Shown here: positions 55,612 to 64,000 of the stretch, piece after piece
Position numbering within the stretch: position 1 is the first letter of the stretch
Layout: each line of letters starts with the position of its first letter
From: Tubulanus polymorphus
Taxonomy: Eukaryota; Animalia; Nemertea
Assembly: GCF_964204645.1 (NCBI RefSeq)
Contig: NC_134027.1
Location: 26,374,560 to 26,438,559, forward strand
DNA length: 64,000 bases
Direction of reading: 5' to 3'
The notes under the pieces: model-generated
Databases searched by the model: none
What the model was told of the DNA's origin: nothing
Seen by the model: only the letters and a program-made list of their open reading frames with translations
Program-made: the position numbers and the translations under genes

Positions 55612-55780
55612 ATCCCACAATAATAATACCAAGTCCGAAAATGTTTCCTTATGCCAGTAGTTTATTCGATGTTTCAACTTTATCCTAAAAGTCATCTTCA
55701 GGAATACTCTATTCTTTCAGCTTGTGTATTAGTTTATTCGACGTTTTGACTACATCCTAATAGTCATCTTCAGGAATACT
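55612..55780 (-). ncRNA. Tandem dimer of hammerhead motifs (72-nt period) plus 3' tail
   Basis: Minus strand gtattc-CTGAAGA-tgact...agtc-aaaa-cg-tc-gaata, then gtattc-CTGAAGA-tgact...agtt-GAAA-ca-tc-gaata. Confidence 0.7.
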
Positions 55781-56596
55781 GAAGAGGCCCTCGATGATTA
55801 GCAAATAAATGTGACTAAATTTCAAAAGTAAGCATTAAATACAAGACATAGACATAAGATTTTTTTAAATTACCACAGTGTGTGAATGGTAATCAGGTAA
55901 ACAGGTGTTCTGGACCCATTCCGACTGTACTTATTAAATATTACATTAGAATGATATAATAAACTCTTGAAAAATAGCGAATATTATTTACCTATTAACA
56001 TTTCGATGACACTTTCTCGACTACATTAAGAGTATACTTAAAAGGTTGCTTAATAATGAACGCCGATTCTAAAATCCGTCAACATTGTTTGTATTTATTT
56101 TTCTGCGTCGAGCTAATGGAACGGGGGTTACATCGTCTTATGAGACGGTTTTTATTTAAAGTGCTCAGATTTCGAGTAATGACGCTCTCTGTGTGTGTGA
56201 CGACAGAGGTAACGAGATCGTTCTGTCGATTCTACGTGTTCGGAATTACAGCTATGTCTGAATGATGGTGATTAACAGAGTATTTGTACCAGTTGCGCCC
56301 GTGAACCATCGCCGTTGAATTGAAAATACCACGACAAATACTCGATAACAATTCCGTTCAATTCTGCATATTTTTGCTCTTTGTCAACTGAACTTCTGGA
56401 TCATATTTTGATGGTAAACACTTAATCGAAAAACTCCTATGAAAGATGAATCGCACCTGATCAATGTGAGTTTATATCAAGAGACATAATCTGTCTAATT
56501 TCTAATGTGGAAAGCAAAACATCTACAGATGAAAATTGAAAAATTAACTAAATTTTGATCGGGCTCTTTTCTAAAAACGTACGCCATCCCGAGATA

Positions 56597-56660
56597 GCTG
56601 GTGGCATAGGGTCCTCAATCAGAGGATCGAGTTGGGTTCGAACCCAAGCGAAGCCATGCC
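56597..56660 (+). mobile_element. tRNA-derived SINE head (degenerate)
   Basis: tggcataggg and ggttcgaaccc boxes; related fragment at ~24750. Confidence 0.45.
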
Positions 56661-57626
56661 ATTCGGCCTGGACATGTGATGTGTCAGTTTTCCCCCAAAA
56701 TCACTAGTTTATCAACAAAAGTTTTAGAAAAAAACTTTTTTTTTAAATCCGAAAATCCATAATAGGTCTACGCAATGGGCAGTTCTGAAAATCTTCAACA
56801 TGATTAAGGAAGGCAACTGAATCGGAAGAATAAGACATGGGTGTGGGCTGTCGATGTTCTTCATTTGAGAGGTTTTGGGAAAAAGAGTTTTTGTTCCGAA
56901 CTCGCAGAGAGCGATAATTCAATCGAAATTGTCTGCGAGGTTTACTCTATATATATATATATATCTACAGTGAACACAATCAGACAAAAAAATGTCTCGC
57001 AATAATGGCAGAAACAAAATTGGTATATCGGTGATATGTGACTAATAAATGTGCGAATATTGATACCTTTAGGGGGCTGAAAGCAATCAACTGGTTTTAC
57101 GAATCACGTCTTTGCTTCATTTCCGCTATCGGCATCATTTTCATCAGTATCACATCGACTGTCATCATTCCTCGCTATACGTCACTGTTATAGTTCATTC
57201 TCTTCTCCAATTATACAACACCATGGGCTTTGATACGACGAGATCACACGTAATAAATGCAAAAATCGAGTCCGAAATGTTTCCTCGAGATCTATATTCG
57301 ACGTTTCGACTTTCATCTGTACCTCCTGTACAGCCTTACAGCTCTAGGCGGCTCCTTCACATTTCATTTATATGAAATGTAATTTAACGATATCTAATGT
57401 ACTATAATTGTTATTTGATGTAAGAATAACACATTCGTTCTTCAGGAGCCAGTTTCATAGCCGAAACTTGAGTCCAAAAGTGGTCTCAATTCTTAGGATA
57501 GTCTTAAGTTGGTTTCCATAGACAAGTGGCTGTCCAATATCAATAGTAGACAAAAATGGCTCATAGAATTGAGTTGAAACGTTAAACTACAAAATAGTTT
57601 TTCTTTTTATTGTGGGTTTTTGTCTA

Positions 57627-57908
57627 CTAGTCTTAAGTTGTTAGATTGGCTACAGAACTAAGATGGTCTTAGACTGGTCTTAAATTGTTAGATTGGCTAT
57701 AGAACCAAAATGAGCTTAGACTGGTCTAAAGTTGTTTGATTGGCTATAGAACTAAGATGGTCTTAGACTAGTCTTAAATTGTTAGATTGGCTATAGAACT
57801 AAGATGGTCTTAGACTAGTCTTAAGTTGTTAGATTGGCTACAGAACTAAGATGGTCTTAGACTAGTCTTAAATTGTTAGATTGGCTATAGAACTAAGATG
57901 GTCTTATG
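57627..57908. repeat. 47-bp tandem array (6 copies) inside a Harbinger-type MITE (~57443-57946)
   Basis: ttagattggc recurs at exactly 47-bp spacing from 57641 to 57876. Confidence 0.9.
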
Positions 57909-59192
57909 GTCTTAAGTCTAAGCCATGACTATGGATGCGACCTCTGGAATACTAAGGTTACAGCAAAACGATGAAAATGCATAGACAAGTCGGCTTTCGG
58001 ACTAGTGTTTTCTCTGATATTGTGGGATTTTATCAGACTCACATTGTTTCGACATCAATATTCCCACGAGGTTTCGTTGCTCCTGAGTAATTTGCTCATT
58101 TGTTCCAAAATGTTCGAATTGAATGAAGTTTCACGTGGGTTTAATTTGATTAGAACTCCCCAGATGAAGAGTCATGATGTAATAAGTCGCCATGATTAAA
58201 ATTCAGAATTCACACAGCAGTCAATTTACACTTAACGGTCTATCTGTGAAATACGTATATATATAGTCATTACGCATCCGCGGGGATTAATCTGCATTTC
58301 TCATCGTTTCAGACATCAAAGTCGTTGAAACGAGGAAATCGAAATCATGTTGGATTTCTTAATTACTCGATAATCAATTTGCGCTGATATTCTGTGATAT
58401 GGAAGTGACCATTGTGGTCTCAATACATAGACGCCATGTCCATCAGAAAAACCATACATTTTCTAATCCACAATGATGGTCTCATACAGTCATGTCCATC
58501 TAAAAAAGCATCTATATGTCGATCCACAATGTGGATTTTATGTCCATGTGCAGCTTTAGGGCAAGATAACTGTCTAGTGTAATATCTACAGCTGTCAAAT
58601 AGAGGACAATTGAACCGAAATCTGATTTACTCCCATAAAGAAAAAAGTGTTGCATATATCATCATTTTGTGACAATATAATGTTACAGATTTATACATAT
58701 AGAAACCTGACAGGAATACCATAAACAACAAGCGCGTACTGCATAATTCAAATATCCCCGTACAGAAACCAACCGCACGACGTCTGAATCGCACTGCAGT
58801 AATGGAAAATCTTTAGCCCTAGAATATTGTAATCCTCGTTTTGACGCGTTAATAAAATAAAGCCGAAAACTTTACACACAATGAGTGACGTTTTCGCTGT
58901 TGAGTCACAGTCTACTTAAACATCAAACACAAAAGTGAATTTGCCGTTGTTCAAACACTAGATAAATCGTCACAACCTCCTCACGGATATCCACAGAGTC
59001 GATAATCGACTGAAATCTGTGTTTATATCAATAACTCAGCACTAAAAACCCTTTGAAAACATTTTCTAATTCTCTAGGAACTAACAAAAAGCACCACGCT
59101 TTTCTACCAGAATTTCACATGAAAGCACCACTCTCGTCTCTAGTCTTACCTCCACCCCCTACACCCACCTCCACTTCTACTTTGTTCACAAC

Positions 59193-59300
59193 GGTCCAGT
59201 TCCACAGTTCTGAGTTAAGATTTGACTCTGAGCTAACTCATTGAAAATGAACTAACTTTAACTCAGAGTTAACTCTAACTCACAACAGTGGAACTGGACC
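59193..59300. mobile_element. Intact palindromic MITE
   Basis: ggtccagttccacagtt ... aacagtggaactggacc. Confidence 0.85.
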
Positions 59301-59441
59301 AGATATACATTTTTTCATCCGTTTTGAAGTCAAGATTGTCTAAAGAGTCTCAGACTTTTGAACTTCTGAAATATTTCCAACGCAAACTGCATCAGGTGGA
59401 AAGAGAGAATTGATATGTATAAGGGGTATGGTTCTGCTTAC

Positions 59442-59519
59442 CAAACAGCCACCTGTGATGTTAAATCCTAATGAACCGTTGTGGCGATCTAAAACCAGTG
59501 TTATCTGTTCTTTATCCAC
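59442..59519 (-). CDS. PDZRN3: Internal exon encoding the first strands of a PDZ domain, PDZRN3/PDZRN4 (LNX3/4)-like E3 ligase
   Basis: VDKEQITLVLDRHNGSLGFNITGGCL has a GLGF-type loop and closely resembles the PDZRN3 PDZ1 start as I recall it (LTLVLHRDSGSLGFNIIGG); ttttttccag| acceptor, |gtaagc donor, 78 nt, phase 0-0. Confidence 0.85.
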
Positions 59520-59939
59520 CTGGAAAAAATACAAGAAAAAAGTATTAATAACGAGACGAAAAGCCGGAGATATTTCTATGATAAGAGTTTCGTGTTTGAA
59601 GTCGATTTGACGACATGAATAAGTTGGTTGCCGCAGTTGGGGGGAAAGTGTGTAAAAGAATTGTCATAAAAAGCCAAAACATGATTGAAGATAAGTGTTA
59701 CATCAATCTGAATTTTCCTTTTTCTCTGGGCGTTCGCTGCAGCGGCCGTCTATACATTGTTTAGCATTCTCGTCCCTCATTTATTCTCGCCAGGTATCAT
59801 CACATCATACTTTTATCCTCAATCAAACTTTGTACAAAATATTCCATATTGTAAACAAAGTATCTTGTGTCTGTATCCTATTGTTTTCATAAAAAGAAAA
59901 CTTAAGCTTGAATTTAAATGCTGGTTACATCGGGCCCGT

Positions 59940-59975
59940 GAGCCGGGGGCCGGGGGCCGGGAGCCGGGAGCCGGA
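59940..59975. repeat. 7-bp GC-rich repeat (gccgggR)n
   Basis: Directly visible. Confidence 0.8.
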
Positions 59976-60997
59976 GGGATATTGATGATATTTCTTGCAC
60001 ATTAGATCAAATCAAATGATGATTGTAGTGTTTTTTATATGTACTAAGTTCATGGTACTACTTGTAAAGTTATTCTATCACGAGAATACGGGGCGATACT
60101 AACTTTACACAAACTCCTGAAACTTGACGATGATCAGTTATTTGTAACACAGACATCGGTGATCCATCTTACTGCCATTAAAGGAGCACACACTCTCGCG
60201 TATGAATCATCGGTAAGATTATTTACTCCGAAAACTCGTTAATTGATGCAGTTAATGAGTTTATAACGCGACAACAACCAGAAAGCACTGTAGCCGTTAA
60301 TGTGCCGCCTGGTAATGATGGCCTCGAGAGTGAGACCTCAGGATACGATAAACTCTAACTAAAATACTGCAACTTAAACACTGGACCTGATTCTCCTGAT
60401 ATGCAAGAATATTTCGACAGAGAATTGTGCCTTATTCTGCCATAATGAATAATTTGTAAACATATCTCTACTTTCACTCAATTTTTGTAAATATTCTATA
60501 TGTAAATTCTTGTGAATATTTAAAAAAAACATCTTATAGATTATATTGTGTTAATCTGTCGAAATCAACGACTTGAAGGTGGGGAGAGGTAGGGATGTAG
60601 AGGGGAGGGGGGGGGTGGAGAGAAAGTAAGAATTGCTGGTAATCAGATAGCTCCCTCTAATGGTGACAGGTATATATAACATGATAATGATGGCTTCAGA
60701 TTGACGATAATTCCCTCATTTCTATTTACGAACTCGACGTTAGTTTTATACATTGAACACATTCCGCCTCGTTCAAATATCCACAATTTATGGCATTTTA
60801 GGAGTCGTAATGGTGTCACGTGACACGATTAACAGCCCCTGGGGGCTTCTTACAACATTAACGCGACCGTTCAGCGACATGGATCACACAAAATACCGAC
60901 ATTTATGGAAATATTGTTTTTTGTTCGCTACTAATATGATTTTGTGATGACAGTGTAGTTTTATTATCATCGCGGCCTATTGTTTGAGCAAGCTGAA

Positions 60998-61262
60998 GCC
61001 GTGGTGGATCTAGGAATTTAGAATTGGGGGGGGGGGGCAGAACCTCCCAGGTCTAGTTGCATTACAGATTATTAGGTACAAGAACAGTGAGTGCTGTAGG
61101 TGCAAAGCCCATAATTGGGGGTTGGGGTTCCTCTCTCCAGATGCGAAATTTGAAAAAAATGGATCATATTCTGGCATGTGATTTTAAAACACAATTCCTA
61201 TGCAAAGTCGTTGTCTTAGCAAAAAATGGGGGATCCCGGGCCCCCTATATTCACATCTGGCC
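60998..61262. mobile_element. hAT-like non-autonomous element
   Basis: gtggtggatctaggaattt + poly-G start, with a GC-rich inverted end. Confidence 0.5.
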
Positions 61263-62089
61263 TGGAAGGGTATAGCCGAATACAAGCTGAAGGGTATGGT
61301 GATTATGTTCATTGAAATATCCTCCAAACACACGTGGAATGCAATTTGCGATCGGGCTTTGATAAATTTCCATATTGTAATTACATTTCAACCGCTATAA
61401 GACATCACAGAAGAATTGACTTCACGTTCACGCAACCTGGTGGGGTGAGGGGGAGGGAGGGGGTCCTGACGCCCGACGCTTCTACCTTTCAAGAAAATTT
61501 GAAACGCATATTGAATACGATAATCAGAGTCAATCTCAACACGGCCTGCACAAACTACAGATAGCTGAAAATATTCCGTGTGCGCGGCCGCGAGAAGAGA
61601 AAAAAAATGCATTTCATCATTCTCTCGATCGGAGACAAATATTTGCATTCTGGTTTTGCGCACAAAGGGAACGCGACGTGAAGAGGTTGCCAAGTATTCC
61701 AACCACGTGATCACATCACAAAAACCGTATTAACCCCGACTACAGAAACAAAAACTAACTTTAACAATATCGCACGTAGGAACTTCTGTTGTTCGCGTCA
61801 TCGACATCAAAACCGCGAATCTAATCTAGTTACGGTTTCGCGCGTAATCGAATTAAAAGTGAATCTGGAGTTTTCAGGATTGTCGTTGTTATTGTTCAAC
61901 ACAAGGCAATTACGTTCAATTACCTTCCGAGTAAAACAATCACGACATCGCGTAGTAATTTTACAAGAATGTCAAACTGTCTCCTTTCTCATTCCACTCG
62001 GCATCACGCGAGAAATACTTCTTAAGATATTGCGTGTAAGATAAAAGCGCCTTAAATTATCGACTCACAATAGACTTATTCATTAAATC

Positions 62090-62600
62090 CATTTTCAAAG
62101 TATTTATTTGTGTTATCAAAAATACGTAAGTATTTCTGATGTATTCTTTGCGTATTTCTGGTGTTATTGTATCATGAAACAGAAGAATATTTTAGAAAAT
62201 AACAATTTTCTGACAGTTTACATTATCTAACTCTTTACTGCTTGTCTGAAACTACTTCATACTTCTTACTCTTTAGGTGGAACTCGAAACCGTCAGAAAG
62301 CACGTATCGTTGGATTGTTCATTATTCTCAACATTGATAATACATTTGTTTGTTCATCATTGTTCTGATATCATCCACCTCACCGCGGTTCCTTGCCAAT
62401 AATTCGAAATGATCTCAATTTTGGAAATACACTTTACGTCAAACATATTTGCAGTATTCTGAAAGTTTTGTAGAATACATACAACGGATGTGACTAATCA
62501 CTGCGTAGATGAATGACCCTTCTCTTCGGCTATACTTAGAACTTCTTGGTGGTGGTCAATAGTGATTGTCACATTTTCGCACATTTGGCTTCATCAACAG
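62090..62600 (-). pseudogene. Decayed CR1-type LINE fragment
   Basis: Remnants YKTF..EYCKYV and ISKIE....QGTAVRW resemble the CR1 motif EYC..VW...I.KIE.VQRRA.R. Confidence 0.4.
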
Positions 62601-63926
62601 CTCATTAACGACCAGTAATTAACACTATGTAAATGTTTACGCTGTGACCAATGGTTGTGAATCACAGGACAAGGTACTAAACGGCCACACTCTCCAGGCC
62701 GCTGTTCGTTAATACGTTATCCTTATATTTAATGGGTTTCTTACCGAATTGTCTTATAACATTTGTACTAAAAGCATGCGTAGATTAAGACTTTCCTTTG
62801 ACACATTTCCATTCATTCTACAAACCGCGTGTGTGTGAGTGAAATCTTATAGTACGGTTATGTATTATCAATAGCACGGCATCTGTCTTAGAAATTAGCT
62901 TAAAATTCTCATCACCGGCGAGTGAGACAGTAAAAGACTTCAGTGTCGATATCAATCATGGCGGCGATAATAAAAACGGGTTCCGATTTTAGCATAATTA
63001 TCGAATTTATTTCCATAAAAGGGGAATATTTCTGCACCCGAGGGAGCTGAGATATTAATCGACGTACAAGAAGATAATGACTCTATTGTTTGATACGTTA
63101 AACGACTCCAAGTCGGAGTTCATCCGGCTTCCATACAACGACTCGCTTGCCGGAGCAGGTTCCGGTCGTTGCGTCACGCGGCTGACACGGTTTTGAATTT
63201 CAATAAATTCAGACCCGCGGTGGTTGTATGAAAATGGCGGCACAGAAATGTAAACAGTTATTTTACAGATTTCATTCCCGAGGATACGTTACTGACGCTT
63301 TCACGTTGTATGATAATGATTTGATGCCGCAGTAAGCAGCGATACACCTGCGCGTCACATCGATAAAACTGCTGAACAGAGACAAAATCTCAAAGAGATC
63401 AAGATCCTCCTATTTTTTAATCGATCTTTCCAGACAATAAACAGATGTGGCTGAGTGTCTGGTACATGAGGCAATCAGAGAACAAAGGACTCTATTACTA
63501 ATACATTTGATTCCTACTGCAATGTATGGCGGTACCACATCGCCGCATATATTGTCAGTAAAGATCGAACGGTTGGACTTTGACTTTGAAGTGATCGTGT
63601 ACATGACGTGCATGATGATTGAGTCTAATGATTTGATATAACTTCCACAAAGTGATCTATTTCAGATGTCATGGAACGGAGTGTATAATAGGGGCCGGGA
63701 GGTATCGCGCGATAACCAGATAACCAACACCTAATTGTGAGCCCACTTTATATGGGGCTTGAAATCAGCTACAGCCACAAGCTACCGATAAAGATTGCGC
63801 AGTAGCAGCCCTAACAAGGTTCGCCTGTTCCCGAATATGAAGTTTTGTATAGTTTTTGATCTTCAAATAGGAATTGTCCGTCTTATATTCATTCGATATC
63901 GATCTGGCGTGATTTGGTGTCCCCTA

Positions 63927-63983
63927 AGCCCAACGCACACGGCGAGGAAAAAACGGTTTTTTTCTTGCCGTGAGCGGCGGGCT
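63927..63983. mobile_element. 57-bp miniature derivative of the 199-395 MITE
   Basis: agcccaacgcacacggc ... gccgtgagcggcgggct, flanked by cta/tta. Confidence 0.75.
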
Positions 63984-64000
63984 TTACAAACCAGCAGCAC

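Noticed and set aside
57627-57908. CRISPR-like regular repeats (also 3354-3557 and 1-150)
   Set aside because: Contiguous tandem units without unique spacers, no cas genes, eukaryotic context

Overview
AT-rich animal (marine-invertebrate-like) genomic DNA with no long genuine ORF. The only recognisable coding sequence is a 78-nt minus-strand exon (59442-59519) encoding the start of a PDZ domain of the PDZRN3/PDZRN4 (LNX3/4) type. Most of the window is therefore probably intronic DNA of that gene, with candidate alternative first exons (best one at 23542-23610). The rest is dense with repeats: several PIF/Harbinger-type MITE families (CWG/TWA target sites), hAT-like and Tc1/pogo-like non-autonomous elements, tRNA-derived SINE heads, decayed CR1/L2 LINE fragments, minisatellites and microsatellites. 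The most notable signal is a dispersed family of minimal type I hammerhead-ribozyme motifs (tattc-CTGAAGA-stem II-GAAA-CG-TY-gaata). It has more than 10 full or partial copies, occurring as ~67-72 nt tandem dimers and head-to-head pairs, as in Penelope-like elements and retrozymes. A second, unrelated hammerhead-like pair lies at ~48.5 kb. All calls were made by eye; no searches were run.
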